From Candidatus Thorarchaeota archaeon (GTDB lineage: Archaea; Asgardarchaeota; Thorarchaeia; Thorarchaeales; Thorarchaeaceae): a stretch of DNA of 64,000 bases. The notes beneath the pieces are model-generated. The model saw only the letters and a list, made by a program, of their open reading frames with translations, had not been told where the DNA came from and searched no databases. This document shows positions 10,073-20,405 of this stretch, one piece after another (the first letter of the stretch is position 1; every line of letters begins with the position of its first letter). The stretch spans positions 96,001 through 160,000 of the forward strand of contig JAGSHN010000012.1 in assembly GCA_029855935.1 (NCBI GenBank), read 5' to 3'. The translations under genes and the position numbers were made by a program.

Positions 10073-10855
10073 TTGGCCAATGACATTGACAACGACATTG
10101 CGGTTCTGTGTCAGGATGTTCATCGAGACTTTCAGGACGGCTCACGAGTGATTCGTGTCCTGCGGGGGACCGACTTGGAGGTCCGAAAGGGTGAGTTCGT
10201 TGCCATAGTGGGCGCCTCGGGCTCCGGAAAGACTACTCTCCTCAATCTCATTGGCGGACTGGACCGGCCGACAAGCGGGAAGATATTCGTCGATGGCATC
10301 GAGATAACGGCGCTGGACGACGAAGAGATGGCTGAGATGCGGCGCAACAAGATTGGGATCCTGTTTCAGGATCAGTACCTGCTGCCTGTCTTCACAGCGC
10401 TCGAGAACGTCCAGGTGCCGATGCTGTTGAACGAGGTGAGGGCCAAGGAGCGAGAGCGACGTGCTATGGAGCTACTCAAGGCCGTCGGTGTCGACCACCG
10501 TGCGCACCATATGCCTCACGAGCTCTCCGGCGGAATGCGGTCAAGAGTCGCTCTCGCGCGTGCATTGGCAAACGATCCTGCTATTCTTCTCTGCGATGAG
10601 CCGACTGGCGACCTCGACCACAAGACCGGGGGCGAGATAATCCGGCTGATGCGTGACCTAGCCAAGAAACACAACCGCGCAGTCCTTGTCGTCACCCACG
10701 ACCCGGAGGTGGCAAGGATGGCGGACCGCATCCTCCTACTTCGTGATGGCAAGCTTGTGGAGGAGCTAGTGAGCCGTTTCTTCAAGCCCAGTGGCGTCGA
10801 TGTCACCGTAGCTCGCGACCCGGACTCTAGGAGTTCCGCACCAACAGAGGGGTGA
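10073..10855 (+). CDS. ABC transporter ATP-binding protein (LolD/MacB family)
   Basis: GASGSGKTT, LSGG, LLCDEPTGDLD, VTHD. Confidence 0.95.
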   Translation: MANDIDNDIAVLCQDVHRDFQDGSRVIRVLRGTDLEVRKGEFVAIVGASGSGKTTLLNLIGGLDRPTSGKIFVDGIEITALDDEEMAEMRRNKIGILFQDQYLLPVFTALENVQVPMLLNEVRAKERERRAMELLKAVGVDHRAHHMPHELSGGMRSRVALARALANDPAILLCDEPTGDLDHKTGGEIIRLMRDLAKKHNRAVLVVTHDPEVARMADRILLLRDGKLVEELVSRFFKPSGVDVTVARDPDSRSSAPTEG

Positions 10856-10859
10856 TGCC

Positions 10860-13742
10860 TTGAGTAGCGGAGGTCGAAGGACCCCACGGGGCAACCGGTT
10901 CTACTCCCTCTCATATGCTCTCGAGTCTATCAGGTCCTACCCATTCAGGGCACTGAGCCTTGCCATCACGCTGAGCCTGGGCCTCTCGCTCATCGGCTCT
11001 GTGCTCATATGGGCTGACACAGGTGTTCAGGTCAGTGTGAACAACTACTTTGACAACACGGCCTTTCAGATGCTTGTCGAGGCTCCGCCGGGGCAGGAGG
11101 CGATACTCTCTCAGGCCGACCAGTATGCAGCGTCGAGCAGTCTGGTCAAAGACACGTTCAAGATAAACTCCACAATCGGGCTGGTCTATGGCAGCCGGCT
11201 GCCCAATGACACAGTCTACGGACTGGATGAGCCCCTGTATTCGTCGGGGATGAAGGACTGCCAGGTCCTCTTTGTTGACAATCAGTTCCTCGAAACGGCG
11301 CGACGCAGCTTTCTTGTTGATGGTGAGTTCTCTCTCCGAGAGGGTGAGGCTCTTGTCTCGGTACAGTTCCTGACGTATGTACACCAAGTATATGGCATAA
11401 CTCTCACGGTCAACTCCACATTCGACCTTGAGCTATTGATGAACGCTCCTGCAGGTCCCTCTGGACCCATTGGGGATATGTCACGGACAAGCCTGCGCGA
11501 TCTGCGGATAGTCGGTGTCTACGAGGTTCTGGGGTACAACTCTCTCATCGAGCAGGCCTTTCCCTCCATTATGCGTTCAAACTATGCCTATGTCCACTAC
11601 GACACTCCTGTGCTAGGCATCCGTGACAGTGTGATGATCCTGTCCGACAGTGTTGACACCTCTGGCATTGAGGAACATGGGTTCTTCAGGCCGCGGCTCT
11701 TCATACGGGCCTCGCCAACAGCGCTCGTCGCCGCGGGGCCCGACAAGATTGCCGAGAATCTTCTCACACTAAAGGCCCGCCTTGAGGAACAGTTTGATGT
11801 CACCGTCTACGGTCTAGGCGAGATTCTCTATCTCCAGCGCGTGGTCGATACCTATCGTGATACGACCCCTCTGATCTCTCTCAACCTACCTCTCTTCATT
11901 CTTGCAATGTTTCTCTCGGTGTTCGCGGCAGACACCTTTATGGCTGCACGCAGGACCGAGGTGAGCGCTCTTCGCTCCAAAGGCGCAAGTTCGGGTCAGA
12001 TCTATGGTATATTCGTTGTAGAGTCCGCCCTGATGGCCATCGTCAGCGTGGTGTTCGGGATTACTCTCAGCGTAGTCTTTGCTGCTCTAATTCCCTCAAG
12101 CGTCGCATTTCTGCAGTTCGACTGGGATGTCTATCAATTCTATCTTCAGAACACAGTACTCACTCCTACGGCTCTGCTGTACTCCACTCTCTTCTGTATA
12201 GTACCACCCCTCCTCTTCATTGTCTATGCTGCGAGAAAGGCCACCCGCGCTGAGATCGGCGTGATGATGGTCGAGGGTACCGAACCTATATCAGAGGGCG
12301 ACGAGGGCAACCGGTTCACACTGGGAATCTCCCTGTTCCTTCTTGCGATGGTGCTCGGTGCCGCATTACTCCTCCCCGCGGACCCGCTCCTCATATCGCT
12401 GGAGCTCGGTCTGGGGACTGCAGCATGGTTCTTTCTGGCATACAACGGCTCACGAGTCACACGTATCGGATTCGCCAACATCACCTCGCGGCTGGCCTTT
12501 GTTCTCGGGGAGAAGAACATAGTGGCCGCCGGGAACCTGAAGATGCGGAGGGGCCGCATCGTTCCACTAATGGTCGTTCTGGTACTCACGCTCTCCTCTA
12601 CAGTCGCCTTCACAGTCCAGGCGACAACATTTCAAACGGACCTGTCAAAGGAGGTCCGCTATGCTGTCGGCGCGGACCTGAGAGTGACCACAACATCAAA
12701 ACCCTTCAATTTCACAAGGACGATCTCCAGCTATCCGGGCGTCGATGATGCAATGGCCGTGCTACAGACGTGGGGTGGGATCAACAATGAGATAATCTCA
12801 ATAGAGGCACTCGACCCGCTGAAGTATTCCGACTTGGGATACTTCGACCAGTCCAGTTTCAACGGTGAGGACCCAGAGGCGATACTGGGACAACTTGCCC
12901 GTGTGGAGAACGGAATTCTGATGAGCAAGTATCATGCCGACCGCTGGAACAAGACGATCGGCGATACAATCACCCTCACCGTCGGCGGCCGTCTTGCAGC
13001 TGTGAGCATCACATTCGTCATCGTGGGTCTTGTCCACACGGCTCCGGGATTCGGGTACGCCTCCATTGCTGATGCCCCGTCGTCCAGGCTCGGTGCTGGC
13101 TTTGGTCTGCAGGCGCCTCACGGTGGCTTTGCAATAGCGAATCTTGAGTTTGTGTCTGCCCAGACGGGTATCAATACCGCCCGTCTGTTCTTCGGCGACC
13201 TCGTGACAGTGAGCGACACAACTCTTCTTCTCAGGTCGCTCAACGACCTCCCGGGCGTGTCAGCGACCACTCCCGAGACCTTCAACCTCTACAGTCATTC
13301 CTTTGGTACAGCCCTCTTCCTGAGCACGGTAGAGGGCCTGTTCTCCATCGGTTTCACCATGTCGTTGTTGCTCAGTATATTCTCGCTGACACTCTTCTTG
13401 GGATCGATAGTACGGGAACGACGTCGTGACTATGCGATACTACGCGCAGTGGGAGCCTCAAGGAAGCAGGTGATACGTGTGGTCCTGGCCGAGTTTGTGG
13501 GCGTGGTTCTCGCCTCCCTGACCCTCAGTCTCATCTTGGGGATGGTCTTCGGCTATGTCCTCAGTATAGTGGTATTCTCCATGAGTCCGTTCTCACGGAT
13601 GCTTGCACCAGTCATTGTTGTTCCTGTCGGCTTCCTGACTGTTGTCGTTTTGTTGGAGCTGGTTGCGATGGTGGGTGGCTCCTATCTCCCGGCGAAGGAG
13701 GCTGCGAAGACGGATCCTGCAATCGTGCTCAGAAACTTGTGA
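10860..13742 (+). CDS. FtsX/MacB-like ABC permease (duplicated, about 960 aa)
   Basis: RRTEVSALRSKGAS and RRRDYAILRAVGAS motifs; two large extracellular loops; ends DPAIVLRNL. Confidence 0.9.
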   Translation: MSSGGRRTPRGNRFYSLSYALESIRSYPFRALSLAITLSLGLSLIGSVLIWADTGVQVSVNNYFDNTAFQMLVEAPPGQEAILSQADQYAASSSLVKDTFKINSTIGLVYGSRLPNDTVYGLDEPLYSSGMKDCQVLFVDNQFLETARRSFLVDGEFSLREGEALVSVQFLTYVHQVYGITLTVNSTFDLELLMNAPAGPSGPIGDMSRTSLRDLRIVGVYEVLGYNSLIEQAFPSIMRSNYAYVHYDTPVLGIRDSVMILSDSVDTSGIEEHGFFRPRLFIRASPTALVAAGPDKIAENLLTLKARLEEQFDVTVYGLGEILYLQRVVDTYRDTTPLISLNLPLFILAMFLSVFAADTFMAARRTEVSALRSKGASSGQIYGIFVVESALMAIVSVVFGITLSVVFAALIPSSVAFLQFDWDVYQFYLQNTVLTPTALLYSTLFCIVPPLLFIVYAARKATRAEIGVMMVEGTEPISEGDEGNRFTLGISLFLLAMVLGAALLLPADPLLISLELGLGTAAWFFLAYNGSRVTRIGFANITSRLAFVLGEKNIVAAGNLKMRRGRIVPLMVVLVLTLSSTVAFTVQATTFQTDLSKEVRYAVGADLRVTTTSKPFNFTRTISSYPGVDDAMAVLQTWGGINNEIISIEALDPLKYSDLGYFDQSSFNGEDPEAILGQLARVENGILMSKYHADRWNKTIGDTITLTVGGRLAAVSITFVIVGLVHTAPGFGYASIADAPSSRLGAGFGLQAPHGGFAIANLEFVSAQTGINTARLFFGDLVTVSDTTLLLRSLNDLPGVSATTPETFNLYSHSFGTALFLSTVEGLFSIGFTMSLLLSIFSLTLFLGSIVRERRRDYAILRAVGASRKQVIRVVLAEFVGVVLASLTLSLILGMVFGYVLSIVVFSMSPFSRMLAPVIVVPVGFLTVVVLLELVAMVGGSYLPAKEAAKTDPAIVLRNL

Positions 13743-13752
13743 GGTTGGACAG

Positions 13753-16659
13753 ATGACGACCAAGACACAACGACCCATCTATAGAGGCAACCCCTTCTGG
13801 GCTATCTCCTATGCGTTCACCTCGCTACGGAACTATCCCCTACGCAACATGGGCATTGCACTTGTTCTTGCCATAGGTGTGGCGCTTCCGACCACCGTCT
13901 TTGTGTGGTCGTCGACGGGGACAAACATGGTCACCCATCAATACTTTGAGACGCACTCTTTCCAGATGGCAATGCTACCTGACGCCGGAGAGAACTTTGA
14001 GTCCTCTCGTATGGGTGATGCGATGACTGAAGTCACGGCAAGTCCCTACATTGAGGCCGCCCACCTTGTCCCATCAACCATCGGCATCCTCGCGGGCGGT
14101 GTGTTCCCTGAGTGGTCGCAGTACGATATGACTGGGCAGGTGTATCGCGACGGAATGAAGGACATGCGGGTGATGCTCGTCACGAACGACTTCCTCTCAA
14201 ACGCCTCAGTGGACTTTGAATACAATGGCACCTTCCATCTTGACCCCGGACAGGTCCTTGTATCAGAGAACTTCATCACCTACACCGAGCAGGTCTACAA
14301 TGTGACTCTGACAATTGGGAGCACTATTAGTTTCGACCTGTTGCAGCTAGGTTCTCACGCAACAGCTGGTGATCCCAATAGTCTTGGTGCAGTGCGCTTC
14401 TCCAATCTCGTCATTGCTGGCATATATCGCAGTCCGACGAAGCGTCTGTTGGTGACTCAGGTATTCCCCTCGATGTCGCGGAAAAACTGGGATCCGATGA
14501 GCCTCTACACGGAGCCTGTGCTTGGTCTGGCAGACTCGGTGATGATGCTACAGAGTGATGCAGGTGAGGCCGTCATAGCGAACGTCCGCAACAGGGGCTT
14601 CTTCGCTCCTGTCGTCTTCCTGAGGGGATCTGTCGAGGGTCTGATTGAGGGTGGTGTGGGAGCAATCGGGGCACATCTCGTGTCCGTGCGAGAGCAGCTC
14701 TCAGAGGCCTACCCCAAGATAACAATCAAGGGTCTATCAGAGATCTGGAGCCTTGATGCGACGATTCGCACCTACCTCGAGAGCCAGATACTGACGATAA
14801 TTGTCTTCCCCGTCCTCATCATGAGCCTAATGCTCACTGTCTTCACCTCTGAGACGTCCATCGCCCGACGGAAGGGTGAGATAAGCGCTCTTCGTGCGAA
14901 GGGGGCATCCTTCAATCAGGTCTTCTCAACCTTCATGTGGGAGTCTCTCGTCCTCTCAGTCCTTGGATTCGTCATTGGAGTGTTCCTCGCGCTACTGATG
15001 GCTCCGCTGGTGGGATCTGCCAGTGGTCTTTTCCAGTTTGACCGGACTATGATGACCGAGTTCGTCAAGTATCTCACGATTCCCCCACTTGCGCTCGTAA
15101 TTGCTGGTGCACTGGCAATGTACCTCCCCGCGTCATATCTTCTGCACGTGGCACGCAGGATTGATGTTTCAGAGGTAGGCCAACCAACGGCCAATGTGCC
15201 TGATGAGGAGACCGAGGAAACAAGTGTCCTCCGATACGCGGTGGGGCTGTCGCTCGTTCTTGGCTTTCTCCTCGCTCTTCCAGAGATCATGGCGCCTCGC
15301 GGTGCGGCAGCCATCGGTGAAATCGTCCTCACGACGCTTCTACTCTTTGTGGCCTCCTACTTCGGCTCGAAGACGATGCGATACGTAACATCACGGTTGT
15401 CCGGTGGCACCAATTTCCTGCTTGGTGAAAAGGCTCTCTATCTCAGCCGGAGCCTGCGAAAGCGGAAGGCACAGTTCATACCGTTGCTGGTCATTCTAAC
15501 ACTCACCCTGACCACTACGTCGATGATGATCATCCAGTCATCGAGTTTCCGGGCCACCCTAGACCACGAGATTGGCTATGCCATTGGTGCTGACCTACGA
15601 GTGGAGGGTGATGTTCTCCCTGTCGAGTTCAACAAGTCCATCCTGCAACAGCCCGGCGTGTACAGGGTGACACCAGTGTTGCAGTCCATTGGGTCGGTGG
15701 GCTCGAACACATTCTTCCTAGAAGGAATCGATCCGCTCAACTACTCCAAGATAGGCTACTTCACTCAGGACAGCTTTGTCAGCGGTACTGCCCAACAGGT
15801 TTTGTCCGCCCTAGCTGAGACGTATGCGGGCATCATCATCAGCGACTTCTACTCTCAGCTATGGAACCGGAGCATTGGGGACTCTGTCACAATGACGTTC
15901 TCGATGGTCAATGGTACGAGGACAATGGACTTCGAGATCGTCGGAATAATGCGCAGTGCTCCCGGTTTCGGGATGGCATCGGTCACAGATCTGCCCGGCC
16001 GCTCCTTCGGCTCGCAGTTGGGCTTTCAGGTCGTCGGGGAGGGATTCGCTCTGGTCAACCTTGATTTCCTCTATCGTGAGGCGTACATCCACACGGCAGA
16101 CTTGTTTCTAGCAGATGCCGTTGACTTTGCGAACATCACAGCGGCGATAGAGTCGATTCAGGCATTGGGTCAACTGGATGTCTACTCCCCACTCACGTTC
16201 GACATTGCCGCACAGTCGTACTCGATAGACCTCTTCCTGTCCGGCATAAACGGACTGACTATCATCGCCTTCGTGCTGTGTGCGTTGATGGGTCTCTCAG
16301 CAATCGCACTGTTTCTCGGCTCAGCAGTTCTGGAACGGAAGTCGGAGTATGCCATCTTTCGTGCACTCGGCGGGACACGTCGCCAGGTGGTGTCCATAGT
16401 GTTCGGTGAGTTTGCAGGGACAGTGGTGGCAGCGATAGGCATCAGCATCCTGCTGGGTCTTGTGTTCGGCTACTCGATGAGCCTGCTCACGTTCGGGATC
16501 TCCCCCTTCTCGCCCATACTTCCGGAGGTGCTGTCCTTCCCGTTGCAGATAATGGGATTGACCATACTGGCCGAGAGTGCCGTAATGATTCTCAGCTGTT
16601 ACATTCCCGCACGTCGAGCAGGGGCAGTGGACCCCGCCGTCGTATTGCGGAACCTGTGA
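13753..16659 (+). CDS. FtsX/MacB-like ABC permease, paralog of the upstream gene
   Basis: RRKGEISALRAKGAS, ERKSEYAIFRALGG, ends DPAVVLRNL; ATG 13753 follows GAGGT. Confidence 0.9.
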   Translation: MTTKTQRPIYRGNPFWAISYAFTSLRNYPLRNMGIALVLAIGVALPTTVFVWSSTGTNMVTHQYFETHSFQMAMLPDAGENFESSRMGDAMTEVTASPYIEAAHLVPSTIGILAGGVFPEWSQYDMTGQVYRDGMKDMRVMLVTNDFLSNASVDFEYNGTFHLDPGQVLVSENFITYTEQVYNVTLTIGSTISFDLLQLGSHATAGDPNSLGAVRFSNLVIAGIYRSPTKRLLVTQVFPSMSRKNWDPMSLYTEPVLGLADSVMMLQSDAGEAVIANVRNRGFFAPVVFLRGSVEGLIEGGVGAIGAHLVSVREQLSEAYPKITIKGLSEIWSLDATIRTYLESQILTIIVFPVLIMSLMLTVFTSETSIARRKGEISALRAKGASFNQVFSTFMWESLVLSVLGFVIGVFLALLMAPLVGSASGLFQFDRTMMTEFVKYLTIPPLALVIAGALAMYLPASYLLHVARRIDVSEVGQPTANVPDEETEETSVLRYAVGLSLVLGFLLALPEIMAPRGAAAIGEIVLTTLLLFVASYFGSKTMRYVTSRLSGGTNFLLGEKALYLSRSLRKRKAQFIPLLVILTLTLTTTSMMIIQSSSFRATLDHEIGYAIGADLRVEGDVLPVEFNKSILQQPGVYRVTPVLQSIGSVGSNTFFLEGIDPLNYSKIGYFTQDSFVSGTAQQVLSALAETYAGIIISDFYSQLWNRSIGDSVTMTFSMVNGTRTMDFEIVGIMRSAPGFGMASVTDLPGRSFGSQLGFQVVGEGFALVNLDFLYREAYIHTADLFLADAVDFANITAAIESIQALGQLDVYSPLTFDIAAQSYSIDLFLSGINGLTIIAFVLCALMGLSAIALFLGSAVLERKSEYAIFRALGGTRRQVVSIVFGEFAGTVVAAIGISILLGLVFGYSMSLLTFGISPFSPILPEVLSFPLQIMGLTILAESAVMILSCYIPARRAGAVDPAVVLRNL

Positions 16660-16734
16660 GGAGGACATAGACGTGAGACTGCGCAGCTCAATAACCTTAA
16701 CTGTTCATTTCTGGCGGAGATGTGTGATGGCCCT

Positions 16735-17751
16735 ATGACCGTGACAGAACAGATAGACTACTATCACGACTTCCCCGACGATGTCGTCGTCAGTGTCGAC
16801 AACGTCTACAAGATCTACAAGACCGCAGAGCTGGAGGTCGTCGCCCTCAGTGGAGTCTCGCTACAGATTCTTGAGGGTAAGATAATGTGCGTTGTCGGTC
16901 CGTCGGGTTCTGGCAAGACAACTCTGACAAATATCATAGGTGGCATCACCAAGGCCACCGTGGGAAAGGTCTACTGGGCCAATCTCAGGACCGATATCAC
17001 CAAACTGCCCGAGCGCGTATTGACAGAGGCGCGGAGAAACTTCATTGGGTTTGTCTTTCAGGTCAACAATCTGCTGCCGCATCTCAATGCCTGGCAGAAT
17101 GTGGAGCTGGCCGCAAGGATTGCTGGTGTTCCACGTCACGTCCGCAAGGAGCGCGTTGACAGGCTCATCAAGCTGGTAGGCCTGGAGGAGCGAAAACGTA
17201 ACAAGGCAACAACACTCAGCGGCGGGGAGCGCTCTCGTGTGGCAATTGCCAGTGCACTTGTGAACCTGATTGACACCGAGGGCAAGGGACTCGTTCTCTG
17301 TGACGAGCCAACTGGCGACCTCGACCCCGAGACAGCAGAACGTATTCTTGAGCTGTTTCAGGAGCTAAACGAGACGCTGGGGACCTCCTTCTTCATCGTG
17401 ACTCACAGCCAGCAGGTTGCATCGAAGGCCGACATCACTGTGGAGATTCGAGATGGTATCATCTCAGGATTCCATCAGGCTGGCATCGACCTGGACACGC
17501 TCGACCACACTCGCATTGTGAAGCTGGACAACAACTATCGTCTGCCGATGCCGCTAGACCTGCTTGAGAAGGCGGGCAACCCGACAGAGTTCAGGATCAG
17601 CTACGAGGATGGGAGATTCATTCTTGAGCCTCAGCGTGGTGAGATGGTCGACCAGCTCCGAGAGCGTCAGACCCGGAGATGCAGAGTCTGCGGGCACGAG
17701 ATACCCCCGGGAAGCTACATCTGCAGCAACTGCGGCTCGACCATCCGGTGA
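16735..17751 (+). CDS. ABC ATPase (LolD-like) with C-terminal AbrB-like domain and zinc ribbon
   Basis: GPSGSGKTT, LSGGE, DEPTGDLD, VTH; tail IVKLDNNYRLPMP...FRISYEDGRFILEP then CRVC..CSNC. Confidence 0.9.
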   Translation: MTVTEQIDYYHDFPDDVVVSVDNVYKIYKTAELEVVALSGVSLQILEGKIMCVVGPSGSGKTTLTNIIGGITKATVGKVYWANLRTDITKLPERVLTEARRNFIGFVFQVNNLLPHLNAWQNVELAARIAGVPRHVRKERVDRLIKLVGLEERKRNKATTLSGGERSRVAIASALVNLIDTEGKGLVLCDEPTGDLDPETAERILELFQELNETLGTSFFIVTHSQQVASKADITVEIRDGIISGFHQAGIDLDTLDHTRIVKLDNNYRLPMPLDLLEKAGNPTEFRISYEDGRFILEPQRGEMVDQLRERQTRRCRVCGHEIPPGSYICSNCGSTIR

Positions 17752-17761
17752 TGCAGGCCTA

Positions 17762-18184
17762 TCAGGGCGGTCTGGCATCCGCGTGACGATAGATTGAGAT
17801 CAGTTCCTCGATGCACCTAAGGTTCGCCATCAGTGCGCGTATTCTCAGCCTAAGACGCCGGTTGATACGAATGTGTTTCCGCTCGAGATGTCGCTCCACT
17901 GTCTGATCGAGGTCGATTCCCTCTTGGTCAAAGTCTGTCAGGATGAGGACAGAACCACGCTCTCCCAGTGTCTCGGCCACTCTGTCGATGGTTTCCTCGA
18001 TGCTGCGTCCCGTGTGAAGGCGCACGATGCGCGATGTCACTCCCAGTGCCCGGAGGACTGACTCGTCCCTCTTGCCCTCTACCAGCACGAGCATCTCAGG
18101 GTACTGCGTGCCAAGGCTGGACAAGAGTTCTATCAGTTTTTGCTCGTTCCTCTTGAGCCTACGAGGTCTAACCGCTGGTGCCAT
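17762..18184 (-). CDS. stand-alone Toprim domain protein
   Basis: VLVEGKRD and ILTDFDQEG motifs. Confidence 0.88.
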   Translation of the reverse strand: MAPAVRPRRLKRNEQKLIELLSSLGTQYPEMLVLVEGKRDESVLRALGVTSRIVRLHTGRSIEETIDRVAETLGERGSVLILTDFDQEGIDLDQTVERHLERKHIRINRRLRLRIRALMANLRCIEELISIYRHADARPP

Positions 18185-18202
18185 TGGCTACCTCCTTCTC
18201 TC

Positions 18203-19258
18203 TCAGGGCCTGATCGCGACCTTCATACTCTCCCCCTTGCTCATCATCTCAAGCGCGTCTCGAATCTGGGAGAGTGGCATCTCGTGAGAGATCAACACTG
18301 ATGGGTCAATGTCCCCGGCAATTATCAGTCTCAGGGCCTGCTCGACGTGTCTGGGCGTCAGATGAAATACCCCTTTCAGTGTCAGCTGACCGTAGTGGAA
18401 TCTGACAGTATCGACGGTGAACTTTGTGCCGGTCGCTGCACCACCAAAGAGCACAGTGGTCCCTGCATCCCTTGTCATGTCGACTGCCTGCTCCCACGTC
18501 TGGGGCAGGCCGACAGCCTCGATGACGACATCCGCTCCATATCCTGCCGTTGCATCGCGCACCACTTGGACCGCATTCTCATCGGCTGGGTCAATCACGA
18601 TGTCTGCACCCGCTCGCTTTGCCATCCTTCTTCTCAAATCGGCTAGGTCGGAGACCATCACCGTGGAGGCACCAGCCTTCTTGGCGAGCATTATCAGCAT
18701 CTGTCCTATGGGACCCGCTCCTATTATTGCGACCGTGTCGCCCAGCCTGATTCCCGCCTCCTCAATACCGTGAACGACACATGCGAGGGGCTCTGTCAGT
18801 GCTGCGTGTTCGAAGGGCAGGTCGTCCGGGATCTGATGTGTATTCCACTCGACAACCGGAGCCGGCACCCTGATGTACTCTGCAAAGGCGCCGTTGACGA
18901 GATTCTCCTTCAGTCTGAGGCAGAGGTTGGGTCGTCCTCGCTTGCAGAAGAAACAGTGGCCGCATGGGGCCGAGTTGGTCGCGACAACACGCATCCCCGG
19001 TTGAAACTGCGTGACATCCTCACCGACCTCATCCACAATCCCTGCATACTCGTGTCCGAAGAGTGCTGGAACGTTCTTGATGAGCAGAGGATGGCCTCTC
19101 TTGTATGTCTTGACATCGGTGCCACAGGTCAGCGCCGCCTTTACTCTGACGAGTATCTCTCCAGCACCTATCTCGGGGATGTCGGTTTCCTCGTACCTGA
19201 CATCGCCAACGCCATAGTACATCGCAGCCATCATTCTTCCATGGGGCATTGCAGTCAT
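18203..19258 (-). CDS. Zn-dependent alcohol/sugar-alcohol dehydrogenase (MDR family)
   Basis: CGTD, GHEYAG, CGHCFFC..C, GAGPIG. Confidence 0.93.
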   Translation of the reverse strand: MTAMPHGRMMAAMYYGVGDVRYEETDIPEIGAGEILVRVKAALTCGTDVKTYKRGHPLLIKNVPALFGHEYAGIVDEVGEDVTQFQPGMRVVATNSAPCGHCFFCKRGRPNLCLRLKENLVNGAFAEYIRVPAPVVEWNTHQIPDDLPFEHAALTEPLACVVHGIEEAGIRLGDTVAIIGAGPIGQMLIMLAKKAGASTVMVSDLADLRRRMAKRAGADIVIDPADENAVQVVRDATAGYGADVVIEAVGLPQTWEQAVDMTRDAGTTVLFGGAATGTKFTVDTVRFHYGQLTLKGVFHLTPRHVEQALRLIIAGDIDPSVLISHEMPLSQIRDALEMMSKGESMKVAIRP

Positions 19259-19383
19259 CGGTGGGCCCCCTGCCAGCGCATAAATGGTTTCCTGAACGGC
19301 TCACGCTGCTCCTGCTCATCATCGACGGACATACCACAACGTCTTAATCGTGACTGGTGTGTCGTCTGGGCGGCGATGGCGAG

Positions 19384-19872
19384 ATGCGAATCAGATCAAG
19401 GTATCCTGAACACCTCGAGTACACGTCCACCACCGACTGGGACGGTGCGACAGGCGCACATGCCAAGACTGGAGAGGGTCGCGAGTTGGTCCTCGACACT
19501 CCTCCGACATACGGGGGTCGGGGGCAGGGACTGTGTCCGGATGAGCTCTTCATCACCTCTGTGATTGGATGTCTGAACAACACCTTTCTCGACTTTCAGA
19601 GGCGCTTTCGGCTCGAACTCATCTCGCTGCATCTTGAGGGACGAGCAACGGTCGAGTTTGATAGTGAGGGCTACAAGATCGTCGGGATAAGGGTGACGGG
19701 CGAGGTGGTCGTTGGTCCCGATGAATATGACGTGGGGGAGCGCTGTATTGAGTTGATGAAGAGATACTGCCACGTATACAGGTCGGTATCGAAGTGCATA
19801 CCGTTCGAGTTTGACATCTCACTTCGTGAGGCAACGGAGGAGGAAGTACAACCGGCACAGGCCTTGGACTGA
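19384..19872 (+). CDS. OsmC/Ohr family protein
   Basis: DTPPTYGG.G.G.CPDELF..S..GC and YCHVYRS. Confidence 0.88.
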   Translation: MRIRSRYPEHLEYTSTTDWDGATGAHAKTGEGRELVLDTPPTYGGRGQGLCPDELFITSVIGCLNNTFLDFQRRFRLELISLHLEGRATVEFDSEGYKIVGIRVTGEVVVGPDEYDVGERCIELMKRYCHVYRSVSKCIPFEFDISLREATEEEVQPAQALD

Positions 19873-19898
19873 GTCACTGCCCCGTTGCTGTCTGTTGT

Positions 19899-20393
19899 TC
19901 ACTGATCATCCCTATTCTCCTGAATCAGTGCAGCAATCCTCTTCATATAGCTCGTTATGTTTGTCCAGTAGCTGCCCTTGAAATAGACGCTGTGACAGTC
20001 CTCGCACAGCCAGAACTCGTCATAGTAGTTGTAGGTCTGTTCAGGGACGAGGCCGTTCACTCTCTCCTTCTGATCCCCCGTCAGATGAATCAGCCGGCCA
20101 TTGCACTTCGAGCAGCGGGCCGTGTCGGGATTGACCTTGGGGGCGATGCGAAAGTGGCGGAACACGTCCGCAATCTCGTTGTCGACATCGCCCCTGACGA
20201 GCATTGCAGTGATTCCCTGCCGGGTGGCCTGCTCGTAGAGTGTCCCATCTGAAGTGAGCAGGATGCGCTCCTGTTCGCGTGCCAGTCTGAGAAGCTCACC
20301 ATCAGCGCAGTCGTGAAGATAGAGCGTGTCCTGACCGGTGAGGCGAAGCCATGTGGCCAAGCGTCCGAGCATAGCGTCCACGACGAACCTCAC
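19899..20393 (-). CDS. Mut7-C (PIN-like) RNase domain protein
   Basis: RFVVDAMLGRLATWLR, LTSD, RCSKCNG, CEDC..YFKGSYW. Confidence 0.92.
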   Translation of the reverse strand: MRFVVDAMLGRLATWLRLTGQDTLYLHDCADGELLRLAREQERILLTSDGTLYEQATRQGITAMLVRGDVDNEIADVFRHFRIAPKVNPDTARCSKCNGRLIHLTGDQKERVNGLVPEQTYNYYDEFWLCEDCHSVYFKGSYWTNITSYMKRIAALIQENRDDQ

Positions 20394-20405
20394 TGTCTGA
20401 CCTCC

